64,000 nucleotides of DNA from an uncultured delta proteobacterium (GCA_963704165.1 CAVPHD010000004.1:96001-160000), one strand, 5' to 3'. Numbered from the stretch's first letter, positions 28,243 to 39,114 are shown. Notes: generated by a model not told the origin, from the sequence alone. Made by a program: numbers and translations.

Positions 28243-29644
28243 TCAGAGATCCAGCGGGATCAGGAACATCGCGATCGCCGAGACCGCGAAGCAGGCCGCG
28301 GCGACCAGGAACGTGTAGCCGACGACGTCGCCGAAGCGCATGCGCGCGATCGACAGGATCGGGATCGCGAAGAAGGGCTGGATCAGGTTCGTGGTCGAGT
28401 CGCCGTACGAGTAGGCGAGCAGGGTGGTGACCGGCGAGACACCGAGCGACGCCGCGGCGGGAAGCAGGAACGGCGCTTCGATCAGCCACTTCGATCCGCC
28501 CGACGGCACGAACAGGTTCATCAGCGCGGAATAGGTGTAGACGACGAACGGAAACGTCGCCGCGCTCGCGGCGCTCGCGAACGAGCTCGCCGAGCCAGCG
28601 GCCGAGGCTGCGCGTCCTGCATCAGCCCGAAGATCCCCGCGTAGAACGGGAACTGCAGGATGATGCCCCAGGCGGCATCGACGCCGTCCCGGCAGGCGCG
28701 CAGGAAGGGCAGGGGGCGGCCGTGCAGCAGAAGCGCGGCCAGCAGGAAGACGGTGTTGTAGGCGTTGATCGTCCAGGTCGTGCCGAAGCCGCGCGTCACC
28801 AAGGAGTGTAGGAGTCCGTAGCCGAGCAGCAGCGTCGCGAGCCAGACCCAGACGCGCTGCCGGTCGATCGCGCCCGCGGGTGTCGCCGGCGTCGCTTCGC
28901 TCTTCGGGGGGCTTCGGCAGGATCGCGTCGATCTGCTCCGCCGAGAGCGTCACGACGCCGCGAGACGGGTGCAACGCGATGATGCAGAGCAGCGCGACAG
29001 CCCCGACGACCGCGATGTAGATCAGATTGAACGGGCTGAAGAGCGTTTCCGTCACCGGGTAGAGCCGCGTGACCAGCTGCGCGCCACTCGCGGGTGCGAG
29101 CAGGGGGTTTCCCGGAGTGGCCAGGATCAGGGGGGCCGACCCGGAGAGCCCGCCGTGCCAGACGGTCCCGATCCCGAGGTACGACGCGGCGATCAGCACG
29201 CGCACGTCGGCGCGCGGGTTCCGGCGCACGATGAACGGCAGGAAGAGCGCGCACGCGACCAGGCAGATCGCCCAGTTCAAGTAGGCCGTCGCCATCGAGA
29301 ACAGCCCCGCAAGCAGCGACCGCCTGGAGCGGTTTCGCGGGGTTCGGCAGCCCGGCCAGCCGGTCGAGCGCCCGGTACACGGGCTGCGAGACCACGCAGG
29401 CGTGCGCGGCGACCATCGCGACCGTGAATTGCATCGCGAGCGTCAGCAGGCTCCACACGCCGTCGCCCCAGGCGAGCAGCGCCTGGTGCGGGCTCGCGCC
29501 GGCGCCCGCGATGGAAAGCGCGAGCGCGATCGCGGTCAGGGCCATGCAGATCACCCAGGCATCGGGAACCCAGCGCTCGGAGATCCGCGATACACCCGCA
29601 CCGAGGTCACGAAGCCGGTCGAGTCCGCGGCCGCGATCTGGCAT
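28243..29644 (-). pseudogene. atoE: AtoE-like short-chain fatty acid transporter broken by four +1 frameshifts (probably assembly errors)
   Basis: [49 protein letters not shown] distributed over three frames. Confidence 0.85.
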
Positions 29645-29663
29645 GCTCCCCCCGCCTCCGCCC

Positions 29664-29669
29664 ATTATA
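29664..29669 (-). promoter_or_regulatory. Consensus -10 (TATAAT) of atoE-like gene
   Basis: Perfect TATAAT 19 nt upstream of ATG 29644, followed by GGAGG/GGGGAG SD. Confidence 0.55.
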
Positions 29670-29845
29670 GGCAGGCCGCCGGAAGCCACCCGGCAGGTCG
29701 GGAGGCGCACTTCACCGCGCGGTGGGGTGCGAATTACACTCTCGCATCTCGAGTCGGACGCCGGACGCGTGGAGCGGGCTCCGCGCGGCGGTACGGGTCT
29801 TGCGAGCTGGGCGACCCCGGGCGGGGTCGGAGAAGGAGTCGCGGG

Positions 29846-31636
29846 GTGACGGCGAATCAGGGCCTGAAGGCATGGGTCGAGCAGATGGCAGCGCTCTGTG
29901 AGCCGGAGCGAATTCACTGGTGCGACGGCTCGCAGGAAGAGCTCGACATGATGTTCCGGCTCATGATCGCGAGCGGAACCGCCGAACGCCTCGATCCGAA
30001 GAAGCGCCCGAACAGCTACCTCGTGCGCTCCGATCCCGCGGACGTCGCGCGCGTCGAAGACCGGACCTTCATCTGCTCCGTCAAGAGCGAGGACGCCGGA
30101 CCGAACAACAACTGGCGTGATCCCGACGAGATGCGCGGAACGCTGAAGGACCTGTTCACCGGCTGCATGCGCGGACGCACGATGTACGTCGTGCCGTTCT
30201 CGATGGGACCGCTCGGATCGCACATCTCCCACATCGGCGTCGAGATCACGGACTCACCCTACGTGGTCGCGGCGATGCGGACGATGACGCGGATGGGCCG
30301 GGCCGCGCTCGAGGTTCTCGGCGACGGGCCTTTCGTGCGCTGCATGCACTCGGTCGGCGCGCCGCTCGAGAAGGGGCAGCGCGACGTTCCGTGGCCGTGC
30401 AACGCGGACAACAAGTACATCGTCCACTTCCCGGAGACGCGCGAGATCTTCTCGTTCGGCTCGGGCTACGGGGGAAACGCTCTGCTCGGGAAGAAGTGCT
30501 TCGCGCTTCGCATTGCATCGGTCATGGCGCGCGACGAGGGCTGGCTCGCCGAGCACATGCTGATCCTGAAGCTGACGTCACCCGCGAAACGGGTCCACTA
30601 CCTCGCCGCCGCCTTCCCGAGCGCCTGCGGCAAGACGAACCTGGCGATGCTGCGGCCGAGCATTCCCGGCTGGAAGGTCGAGTGCATCGGTGACGACATC
30701 GCCTGGATGAAATTCGGCACGGACGGCCGGCTCTACGCGATCAACCCCGAGGCGGGTTTCTTCGGCGTGGCTCCGTTCACGAACATGAAGTCCAATCCGA
30801 ACGCCATGCTCACGCTGACACACGATTGTGTCTTCACGAACTGCGCGAAGACCGGCGACGGCGACGTCTGGTGGGAGGACATGACGGACGAGCCGCCCGA
30901 GAACATCACCGACTGGCGCGGCCAGCCCTGGACGCCCGCGAGCAAGACGCCGGCCGCGCATCCCAACGCGCGCTTCACGGTGCCCGCGAGTCAGTGCCCG
31001 GTGATCGCGCCGGAGTGGCAGGACCCGGCGGGTGTGCCGATCAGCGCGATCCTCTTCGGCGGCCGACGCGCGACGGTCGTGCCGCTCGTGAACGAGGCGC
31101 GCGACTGGCAGCAGGGGACGTTCTTCGGCTCGATCATCGGCAGCGAGAAGACCGCCGCGGCCGCGGGAACGATCGGCGAATTGCGCCGCGATCCGATGGC
31201 CATGCTGCCGTTCTGCGGATACAACATGGCCGATTACTGGGCGCACTGGCTCGCGATCGGCCGACGCGCCGGAGCGAAGCTGCCGCGGATCTTCTGGGTC
31301 AACTGGTTCCGCAAGGGCCCGAACGGCGAGTTCCTCTGGCCCGGATACGGAGAGAACAGCCGGGTGCTCAAGTGGATCTTCGAGCGGCTCGACGGCGAGG
31401 CGAAGGGCGTCGAGACCCCGATCGGCATCCTGCCGACCGAGGCGGAGCTCGACGCGAGCGGTCTGGACATCGATGCCGAGGACCTCGCGGTCCTGCTCGG
31501 CGCCGACGTCGAGAGCTGGCTCGCCGAGGTTCCCCTGATCCGCGAGTACTACGCGCAGTACGGTGGGAAGCTGCCCGCAGAACTCGCCCAGGAGCTCTCC
31601 GCGCTCGAGCAGAGGCTGCTCGCCGCGAAGCGCTGA
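29846..31636 (+). CDS. pckG: Phosphoenolpyruvate carboxykinase (GTP)
   Basis: [64 protein letters not shown]. Confidence 0.97.
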   Translation: MTANQGLKAWVEQMAALCEPERIHWCDGSQEELDMMFRLMIASGTAERLDPKKRPNSYLVRSDPADVARVEDRTFICSVKSEDAGPNNNWRDPDEMRGTLKDLFTGCMRGRTMYVVPFSMGPLGSHISHIGVEITDSPYVVAAMRTMTRMGRAALEVLGDGPFVRCMHSVGAPLEKGQRDVPWPCNADNKYIVHFPETREIFSFGSGYGGNALLGKKCFALRIASVMARDEGWLAEHMLILKLTSPAKRVHYLAAAFPSACGKTNLAMLRPSIPGWKVECIGDDIAWMKFGTDGRLYAINPEAGFFGVAPFTNMKSNPNAMLTLTHDCVFTNCAKTGDGDVWWEDMTDEPPENITDWRGQPWTPASKTPAAHPNARFTVPASQCPVIAPEWQDPAGVPISAILFGGRRATVVPLVNEARDWQQGTFFGSIIGSEKTAAAAGTIGELRRDPMAMLPFCGYNMADYWAHWLAIGRRAGAKLPRIFWVNWFRKGPNGEFLWPGYGENSRVLKWIFERLDGEAKGVETPIGILPTEAELDASGLDIDAEDLAVLLGADVESWLAEVPLIREYYAQYGGKLPAELAQELSALEQRLLAAKR

Positions 31637-31646
31637 CGACGCATCG

Positions 31647-32408
31647 ATGCTTCCGCCGGTCGCCGTCCAGCTCTACAGCCTGCGCGAGGCCGCTTCGCGG
31701 GATTTCCCCGCGGTGATCGAGCGACTCGGGCGGATCGGATACGCGGGCGTCGAGCTCGCGGGTCTGCACGGCATGCCGCCCGCCGAGCTTCGCAGCCGGC
31801 TCTCGGACGCGGGTCTCGAGATCGCCTCCGTCCACGTGCAGGCTCCGATCGGCGACGCGCGTGAGCGTGTTCTCGACGAGCAGGAGGCTCTCGGCGCGAA
31901 GACGCTGGTGGTTCCGTTCGTTCCGCCCGACCGCTTCAAGAGCATCGAGTCGATTCGCGAGGTGGCAGCGGAGATCGACGAGGCGAATCGCAACGCGCGC
32001 GCGCGCGGCATGACGCTCGGCTACCACAACCACTGGTGGGAGTTCGAGATCGAGCACGACGGAAGGCACGCGCATGGCTTGCTGATGGAGCAGCTCGATC
32101 CCACGGTCTTCGTCGAGCTCGACACCTACTGGGCGACGGTCGGCGGCCGCGAGCCCGCGAGGATCGCGGCGGGGCTCGGCGCGCGCGTGCAGCTCCTGCA
32201 CCTGAAGGACGGTCCGGCCGACGGGTTCAAGTCGCCGATGACGGCCGTCGGCGACGGCGTGCTCGACTTCCGCGCGATCACCGCGTCCTGCCCGAGCGCC
32301 CGCTGGCACATCGTCGAGCTCGACGCCTGCGCGACGGACATGTTCCTCGCGATCGAGAAGAGCTACCGCTTCCTCGTCGAGCACGGCCTCTCGCGGGGAC
32401 GGAAGTGA
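31647..32408 (+). CDS. Sugar-phosphate isomerase/epimerase (xylose-isomerase-like TIM barrel)
   Basis: QLYSLR, GVELAG, YHNHWWEF, ELDTYW, HLKD, IVE. Confidence 0.9.
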   Translation: MLPPVAVQLYSLREAASRDFPAVIERLGRIGYAGVELAGLHGMPPAELRSRLSDAGLEIASVHVQAPIGDARERVLDEQEALGAKTLVVPFVPPDRFKSIESIREVAAEIDEANRNARARGMTLGYHNHWWEFEIEHDGRHAHGLLMEQLDPTVFVELDTYWATVGGREPARIAAGLGARVQLLHLKDGPADGFKSPMTAVGDGVLDFRAITASCPSARWHIVELDACATDMFLAIEKSYRFLVEHGLSRGRK

Positions 32409-33526
32409 GCACGGGCGCGCACAGCGCGCGCACGGGCATCGGGATCATCGGCTGCGGCGTGATCAGCCAGGCCTACGCGGCGAAGCTCGCCGCGATCCCC
32501 GACGTCGAGATCGTGGCCTGCGCCGATCTCGTTCCCGAACGCGCGCGCGAGCTCGCCGCGAAGTTCGGCATCTCACAGGCGATCGAGCCCGAGAAGCTCC
32601 TGGTCTGTCCCGACGTCGAGGTGGTGTTGAATCTGACCATCCCCGCGGCCCACGCCGAGATCAGCGCAGCCGCGCTCGAGTCGGGGAAGTCGGTCTACGC
32701 CGAGAAGCCGCTCGCGCTCGGACTCGAAGACGGGATGCGCCTGCTCGCGACGGCCGAGCGCGCCGGGCTCCGGGTCGGCTGCGCCCCCGACACCTTCCTC
32801 GGCGCGGGCATCCAGACCTGCCGGAAACTGATCGACGATGGCGCGATCGGCGAGCCGGTCGCGGCCAACGCGTTCTTCCTTTCACCCGGACCGGAGAGCT
32901 GGCATCCGCGTCCGCAGATGTTCTACCAGCACGGCGCCGGACCGCTCTTCGATCTCGGTCCCTACTATCTGACGGCGCTGGTCGCGATGTTCGGGCCCGC
33001 GCGCCGGATCACCAGCTCCGCGAGGATCACGCACGCGCGTCGGAAGATCACGAGCCAGCCGCTCGCGGGAACGATGATGGACGTCGAGGTGCCCACGCAC
33101 GTCGCGAGCGTGATCGATTTCCGCTCGGGCCCGGTCGCCACGCTCGTCACCAGCTTCGACGTGCAGGCCGCGCGCGCTCGGAACATCGAGGTCTACGGCA
33201 CCGAGGGAACGCTCGCGGTCCCCGACCCGAACACGTTCGGCGGACCCGTCCAGATCCGGCGCCGCGGCGACAAGGACTGGACCGACGTCCCGCTCACGCA
33301 CGCGAACGCCTCGCAGAGCCGCGGGATCGGCCTGGTCGAGATGGTGCGCGCGCTGCGCTCGGGCTCGAAGCACCGCGCCTCGGGTGAGCTCGCTTGCCAC
33401 GTGCTCGAGCTGATGGAAAAGAGCGTGATCGCATCCGAGACGGGACGTCACCGAGCGCTCGAGACGCGTTGCGAGCGTCCGGCTTCGCTTCCCGCGGGCC
33501 TGCCGGACGACGTCTTCTCCGGCTGA
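32405..33526 (+). CDS. Gfo/Idh/MocA oxidoreductase
   Basis: GIIGCGVIS, EKPLA, APDTFLG, PESWHP, DLGPYY. Confidence 0.92.
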   Translation: MSTGAHSARTGIGIIGCGVISQAYAAKLAAIPDVEIVACADLVPERARELAAKFGISQAIEPEKLLVCPDVEVVLNLTIPAAHAEISAAALESGKSVYAEKPLALGLEDGMRLLATAERAGLRVGCAPDTFLGAGIQTCRKLIDDGAIGEPVAANAFFLSPGPESWHPRPQMFYQHGAGPLFDLGPYYLTALVAMFGPARRITSSARITHARRKITSQPLAGTMMDVEVPTHVASVIDFRSGPVATLVTSFDVQAARARNIEVYGTEGTLAVPDPNTFGGPVQIRRRGDKDWTDVPLTHANASQSRGIGLVEMVRALRSGSKHRASGELACHVLELMEKSVIASETGRHRALETRCERPASLPAGLPDDVFSG

Positions 33527-33543
33527 GTGGGAGGGCCGAGCTG

Positions 33544-34797
33544 ATGCTGCGCTACGGGATCGTCGGTGGCGGCTTCCTGCCCGCGTTCATGCTGCGTGCG
33601 CTCACGCAGGTGCGCGGCGTCGAGGTCGCAGGGCTCGTCTCGCGAAGACCCCCCGAGGCGCTCGCGCAATTTGCGCGCGAGAACGGACTCGGCCCGGCGC
33701 GCGTCTTCGGATCGATCACCGAGATGGTGCCGCACGTCGACGTCGTGGCGTTCTTCGGACCGAACTTCACGCGCGTAGAGGCGCTCGAAGAAACGGCCGA
33801 CGCCGTGCGCGCGGGCGCGCGCCTGAAGGGACTGATCTGCGAGAAGCCGCTCGCCCGAAATCTGCGCGAGGCGAGGCGCGTGCTCGAACTCGCGCGTTCG
33901 ATCGGCGCGCCGACGGCCTACTTCGAGAACCAGATCCACATGAAGAGCGTCGCTGTTTCGCTCGCGCAGCTGGCTCCCGTGATGCGCGTGAACGGTCCAC
34001 TCCTGCTCGCGCGCGCGGCCGAGGAGCACGGCGGGCCGCACGGCGCGTGGTTCTGGGATCCCCGTCTACAGGGTGGGGGTGTCCTCTCCGACATGGGCTG
34101 TCACTCGATCGCGCTCGCCTGGCACGCGCTCACCCCGCCGGGGAAACCACCGCGCTTTCTCGAACCCGTCTCGGTTCTCGCCGACGTCGCGCTTCTGAAG
34201 TGGGGGCAGCCGCGGCATCGCGCGGACCTGCTCGCGCGTCACGGCGTCGACTACGCGCAGGTTCCCGCCGAGGACTTTGCGACCGGACTGGTCACGTTCC
34301 GGAATCCCGAATCCCGCCAGCTCGTGAAGGGTCAGTTCACGGTCTCGTGGATGTACGACAAGCAGGGACTGCGGCTGCTCCTCGACGGTGTCGGACCGGG
34401 CTACGCGCTCGAGTCGAATTCGCTTCGCTCGCCGCTCGAGATCTTCGTCTCGGACGCCGCGGCGAGCGAGGTCGGGGTTCGCGACGCCGAGCTCGCGCTC
34501 GAGAAGGCCCAGGCGACGCGCGGCCTGCTCGCGGTCCAGCCGAACGAGCCGGATCTCTACGGCTACACCGACGAGAACGTCGACGCGGTCTCTGCGTTCT
34601 CGGCGGGCCGCGCCGCGAAGCTCGACTTCGAGTACGGCGCCGAGATCGTGCGGCTGGTGATGGCCGCCTATCTCTCGGCCGAGCGCGGCGCGGTCGTCGC
34701 TCTCGACGACGCGAGAACGCGCGAGGAGCTCGAGGCCTACGTCCCGCTGATCCAGCAGGGACGCGGTGCGGAGGTTCTCGGTCGCGCAGCCGTGTGA
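33544..34797 (+). CDS. Gfo/Idh/MocA oxidoreductase
   Basis: GIVGGGF, CEKPLARN, EEHGGPH..WFWD..GGGVLSDMGCH. Confidence 0.88.
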   Translation: MLRYGIVGGGFLPAFMLRALTQVRGVEVAGLVSRRPPEALAQFARENGLGPARVFGSITEMVPHVDVVAFFGPNFTRVEALEETADAVRAGARLKGLICEKPLARNLREARRVLELARSIGAPTAYFENQIHMKSVAVSLAQLAPVMRVNGPLLLARAAEEHGGPHGAWFWDPRLQGGGVLSDMGCHSIALAWHALTPPGKPPRFLEPVSVLADVALLKWGQPRHRADLLARHGVDYAQVPAEDFATGLVTFRNPESRQLVKGQFTVSWMYDKQGLRLLLDGVGPGYALESNSLRSPLEIFVSDAAASEVGVRDAELALEKAQATRGLLAVQPNEPDLYGYTDENVDAVSAFSAGRAAKLDFEYGAEIVRLVMAAYLSAERGAVVALDDARTREELEAYVPLIQQGRGAEVLGRAAV

Positions 34798-34836
34798 GAC
34801 GCACGCGCCGCGCGTGTCGATCGAACCGAGGCCTCG

Positions 34837-35880
34837 TCAGCGACATCGGATCGAGACGGAGATCGCCTCGTGATCGGAGAGCGCCGCCCCGGTCTCCGGG
34901 TCGACCGCGTCGATCACCGTCGGCTCGCCGACCTCGAGACCGCGTGCGAAGAACCAGTCGAGCTTGAGCGCGCCACGCGCAGATTCGCCGCCACGCGTTC
35001 GGCGCTCGGTCGAAGTGCCGAGCGCATTGCAGCTCCGGAAGTCGAAGCCCCGACGTTCGGCGAGCGCGAAGAGCGGCTCGTGCGGGATCGGATCCGCGAA
35101 CCTGCGCGGATCGGCCTCGATCGCGCGGGCGAGAAGCGCGCGATCCGCGAGCTCGGCGCGCCCGAGCGAGTGTGTGTTCACGTCGCCCCCGACGAGTGCC
35201 GGCGAGCCGGGCGCGAACTCGTCGAGCGCCGTGAGGACCGCATCGAGCTGCGCCGCGCGCTCGTCCGGATCCGAATGGCTCTCGAGATGGACGGCGGCAA
35301 ACGCGACGTCGCGTTCGCCGATCGGCAGGCGAGAGAGGACGGCGATCCGGCCCCCGACGCGCCTTTCCCCGAGGGCGCCGTCGAACCAGCGCCCGCTGCG
35401 CTCGAGGCGCACGAGCCGAGGATCGGCGAGCGCGTGCTTCGACAGGATCGCGGCGCCGTGCCAACCGAGCGAGTTCTCCGCTCCCGCATGCGTCGCCCGC
35501 TCGTGCACGTCACCGAGACCGAGCTCGAGGAACTCCACGCCGAACGCGTATCCGCAGTCGAGACGCCGCGCGAGCTCGCGCGGGGTGTGGCGTTGCCCCG
35601 AGCGCGCCATGCCGTGGTCGAGCTCGGTGAGCAGAAGCATCCCCGCGTCCGTCGCGCGCAGCAGCCTGGCCGCGGCGCCGGGATCCCGACAGCGCTGCGC
35701 ATTCCAGGCGACCACGCGGAGCGTGTTCGTCGGATGCGCCTCCGGCTCTGAAGGCGTCTCGATCTCGAGTGCGTCGTCGAAGCCGAGCTCGGCGAGCAGC
35801 CGTCCATGGAGTCCCGGATCGCTTCGCAGCGCGAGGATCTCGCGGCGTCTCTCGCGGGGCAGTTCCGGTATGCTTCGCAT
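34837..35880 (-). CDS. Endonuclease/exonuclease/phosphatase family protein
   Basis: VAWN, ELDHGMARSG, VHLES, GGDVNT, KLDW, SDH; start 35880 or 35883. Confidence 0.85.
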   Translation of the reverse strand: MRSIPELPRERRREILALRSDPGLHGRLLAELGFDDALEIETPSEPEAHPTNTLRVVAWNAQRCRDPGAAARLLRATDAGMLLLTELDHGMARSGQRHTPRELARRLDCGYAFGVEFLELGLGDVHERATHAGAENSLGWHGAAILSKHALADPRLVRLERSGRWFDGALGERRVGGRIAVLSRLPIGERDVAFAAVHLESHSDPDERAAQLDAVLTALDEFAPGSPALVGGDVNTHSLGRAELADRALLARAIEADPRRFADPIPHEPLFALAERRGFDFRSCNALGTSTERRTRGGESARGALKLDWFFARGLEVGEPTVIDAVDPETGAALSDHEAISVSIRCR

Positions 35881-35881
35881 C

Positions 35882-37122
35882 ATGGAGACCATCCAACGGG
35901 ACGTGCCGAACGGCAAGGTCGAGGGCAGCTGCGACGCGGCCTTCATGAGCGTGGCGAACGAGTTCGAGAAGAACTTCCGCGAACGCGAAGAGGTCGGTGC
36001 TTCGGTCTGCATCACGCACGAGGGCCGGACGGTGGTCGATCTCTGGGGCGGAATCGCACGGCCCGCCGAGCGCGTGCCGTGGGAGCGCGACACCGTCTCG
36101 ATCGTGTTCTCGTGCACGAAGGGCGCGGTGGCGCTCTGCGCACACGTTCTCGCTTCGCGCGGGAAGCTCGACATCGACGCGCCCGTCGCCTCGTACTGGC
36201 CCGAGTTCGCGCGCAAGGGCAAGGAAGACGCGACGGTCCGAATGATGCTCGATCACTCGGTCGGCGTTCCCGCCTTCAAGACGCCGTTGCGACCGGGCGG
36301 CTGCGCCGACTGGGACTACATGGTCGAGATGCTCGCCGACGAGGAGCCGTTCTGGAACCCGGGAACTCGCAATGGCTACCACATGATCAACTTCGGTTGG
36401 ACCGTCGGAGAGCTCGTGCGCCGCGTCTCGGGTGTGTCGCTCGGCGCGTTCTTCCGCGACGAGATCGCGAAGCCGCTCGGCGCCGAGTTCTGGATCGGAA
36501 CGCCCGAAGAGGTCGAGCCGCGCATCGCACCGATGATGATGCACACGCCCCGGCCGGGCGAGGCGATCGGCGAGTTCATGATGAAGATCATGACGGATCC
36601 GCGCTCCACGCAGGCTCTGTCGCTCTTGAACACCGGCGGCTTCGATCCCAACAGCCGAGCGTGTCACGCGGCCGAGATCGGCGGCGGCGGGGGCATTTCG
36701 AACGCGCGCGGTCTGGCCGGCATCTACGCGCCCCTCGCGTGCGGGGGGAGCTCGACGGCGTGCGCCTGGTCGATCGGAAGCAGCTCTCGCGCATGTCCGA
36801 GATCTCCGTCGCGACGAACGAGGACGCGACTCTCCTGATCCCGACGCGATTCTCGTTGGGCTTCATGAAGTCGATGGACAATCGGCGTCGGCCACGGGGC
36901 GACCGCGACTCGGCGATCCTGTCGTCGGCGGCGTTCGGACACGTCGGCGCGGGCGGCAGCGTCGGATTCGCCGATCCCGAAGCCGGCATGTCGTTCGGCT
37001 ACTCGATGAATCGCATGGGTCCGGGACTGATGTTGAACGAGCGCGGCCAATCGCTCGTCGATGCCGCGTACCGGTCGCTCGGCTTCACCTCCAACGAAGG
37101 CGGGGTCTGGGCGCGTCACTGA
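35882..37122 (+). pseudogene. Serine hydrolase (EstB/beta-lactamase fold) with one frameshift in a G6 run at 36743-36748
   Basis: FSCTK, GYH in ORF 34964..36838; FSLGF, FGHVGAGGSVGFADP in ORF 35806..37122. Confidence 0.85.
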
Positions 37123-37132
37123 GGAGGCACGA

Positions 37133-38143
37133 ATGCAGCGTCGTCCGAGTCCCTCGAACGAGGAGCTCCGCGCGATCGCCGCGACTGCCACCGATTCATC
37201 CCTCCGTCCGTTCGAGCTCTCGTTCTCGCTCTCCCTTCTCTACGTCGCGCTCTGCGGCACGTACATCGTCCTCTCCGGCAGGATCGCCGCCGGACTCGCC
37301 GAGAGCGTGGGCGACCTCGAGCGCGTGGAGATGGCCAAGGGCTTGATCTTCGTGTTCGGGACCGGCGCGCTCTTCTTCGTGGCGGCGTGGGGGGTCTTGC
37401 GGCGGATCGCGCGGCAGGAGCTCCACGTGATCGAGCAGAAGAACGCGCTGCTCGAGTTCGAGCGTCGGGCGATGGTCGGGCTCTTCGCGGCATCGATCGC
37501 GCACGACATCTCGAGCATCCTGGTCGTCGCGCGAGGGAATCTGCGGTCCATGGAGGACGAGCACCGAAACGAGCAGGAGAAAGCCGAGGCGACGATCTCG
37601 ATGCGCCGCTCGCTCGAAGAGCTGAAGGTGCTGACGCGCAGACTCGTGTCGATCGAGCACGAGCGCATTTCCAACGATGCCGGTGAGATCGCTCTCGATC
37701 AGCTCGTGCGCGAGGGCATCGCGCTCGCGCGCAGTCACCAAGATGTTCGCGGCTGCAAGCTGCGGGTGACGACCAACGATCCGGTCACGATCCACGGCAA
37801 CGGATCGATGCTCAAAATGCTGCTCCTGAACCTGATTCTCAACGCGGCCGACGTGACGAACGGTCGCGGGCGCATCGATGTTCGGCTCCGTCGCACCGAT
37901 ACGACGGCAATTCTCGAAGTCCACGACGATGGTCCTGGCGTTCCGGTAGACGGGCGCAGAGCGATCTTCGACAGCTTCCATTCCTCGAAGCCGCACGGTA
38001 CCGGCCTCGGTCTGCTGACGGTGAAGGTGGCCGCGGAGGATCACGGCGGCACGGTCGAGGTCACCGATTCCGATCTCGGTGGCGCCGCCTTCAGAGTGAC
38101 GCTTCCTCGCGAGCGGAATCCCGGACTCGAGGCGCTCGAGTAA
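37133..38143 (+). CDS. Membrane sensor histidine kinase
   Basis: Two TMs, IAHD H-box, NLILNA, DDGPG, GTGLGL; GAGGAGG SD. Confidence 0.92.
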   Translation: MQRRPSPSNEELRAIAATATDSSLRPFELSFSLSLLYVALCGTYIVLSGRIAAGLAESVGDLERVEMAKGLIFVFGTGALFFVAAWGVLRRIARQELHVIEQKNALLEFERRAMVGLFAASIAHDISSILVVARGNLRSMEDEHRNEQEKAEATISMRRSLEELKVLTRRLVSIEHERISNDAGEIALDQLVREGIALARSHQDVRGCKLRVTTNDPVTIHGNGSMLKMLLLNLILNAADVTNGRGRIDVRLRRTDTTAILEVHDDGPGVPVDGRRAIFDSFHSSKPHGTGLGLLTVKVAAEDHGGTVEVTDSDLGGAAFRVTLPRERNPGLEALE

Positions 38144-38186
38144 AGCGAAAGCCCCGATCGCTCGAAAAGCCCTGGGCGAGGTCTTC

Positions 38187-39089
38187 GTGACGACTCCGAG
38201 CGACCCCAGTCCAGTGGCGACGGCGCATGACGGGCCGTCGCCGATCGAGGTGCCGTCCGAACGGCGTCGGCCACGTCTGGTCTCGATCCACGGCGCGCAG
38301 ATGGGCAAGCGCTGGGTCGTCGAAGCGTGCGGCATCGTGATCGGGCGCGACCCCGCTCGAGCGGGCCTCGTTCTTCCCGATCCCGCCATCTCCGCACGCC
38401 ATTGCGCGGTGGAGCACGATCCCGCGACGGGTGAGTTCAGAGTGAGCGATCTCGGCTCGCGAAACGGCACGTTCGTGAACGGCGAGAAGATCGGTGAGCG
38501 GCGGCTGTGTGACGGCGACAAGCTCTTCGTCGGTGAGACGGTCCTCGCGTGGAGCCTCGACGACGAGCTCGGAAAGGGATTTCACAGCGGCGTCGAGTCC
38601 CGTGTGGACCTCGACGCCCTGACGGGATTGCTCGTGAAGCGCGCCTTCGACCTGGAGCTGGCACGGGCGTTCGCGCAGGCGAGGGACTTCGAGAAGGGCT
38701 TGTCCCTGCTGATGATGGACGTTGGCGAGTACGAGACGATCGACCCGGACCGGTCGCGCAAGACGAGCGCACTCTGTGTCGCGGAGATCGGGCGGATCAT
38801 TGGCGCGGAGCTCGTGAGCGCGGGACGCGCATGCCGCTTCGGGGGAGACCGCTTCATCGCACTTCTTCATCCCGCGGAGCGCGAAGCTGCCTGGGCGCTC
38901 GCAGAGCGGATCTGTGCCCGAGTCTCGGCCTACACGTTCGAGCGTCACGGCGCGCCTGTGCACTCCATGATCAGCATCGGGATTGCGGAGCTAGGACCGG
39001 AGTTGCCGACTCCAGATCATCTCTTGCAGGTCGCGGACGAGGCGTGCTTTCGCGCGCGGCGCGCCGGGCGAACCCAGGTGTCGCGTTGA
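38187..39089 (+). CDS. FHA domain plus degenerate GGDEF domain protein
   Basis: IGR, SARH, DLGSRNGTFVNG (FHA); DALTGL, FGGDRF, SIGIA, ADEA. Confidence 0.88.
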   Translation: MTTPSDPSPVATAHDGPSPIEVPSERRRPRLVSIHGAQMGKRWVVEACGIVIGRDPARAGLVLPDPAISARHCAVEHDPATGEFRVSDLGSRNGTFVNGEKIGERRLCDGDKLFVGETVLAWSLDDELGKGFHSGVESRVDLDALTGLLVKRAFDLELARAFAQARDFEKGLSLLMMDVGEYETIDPDRSRKTSALCVAEIGRIIGAELVSAGRACRFGGDRFIALLHPAEREAAWALAERICARVSAYTFERHGAPVHSMISIGIAELGPELPTPDHLLQVADEACFRARRAGRTQVSR

Positions 39090-39114
39090 CGCGGCTGCGC
39101 TCACGGTGCAACCT
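39086..39114 (+). promoter_or_regulatory. Promoter TTGACG-17-CAACCT for metal-efflux operon (leaderless start at 39122)
   Basis: Near-consensus -35, 17-bp spacer, -10-like hexamer 7 nt before ATG. Confidence 0.5.

Noticed and set aside
28243..29644. Programmed ribosomal frameshifting in atoE
   Set aside because: Four separate shifts without slippery heptamers; error or decay is more parsimonious
20192..37122. Antibiotic resistance genes (APH kinase, two beta-lactamase-fold proteins)
   Set aside because: Motifs fit metabolic kinase and cytoplasmic esterase/amidase subfamilies; no signal peptides on the hydrolases
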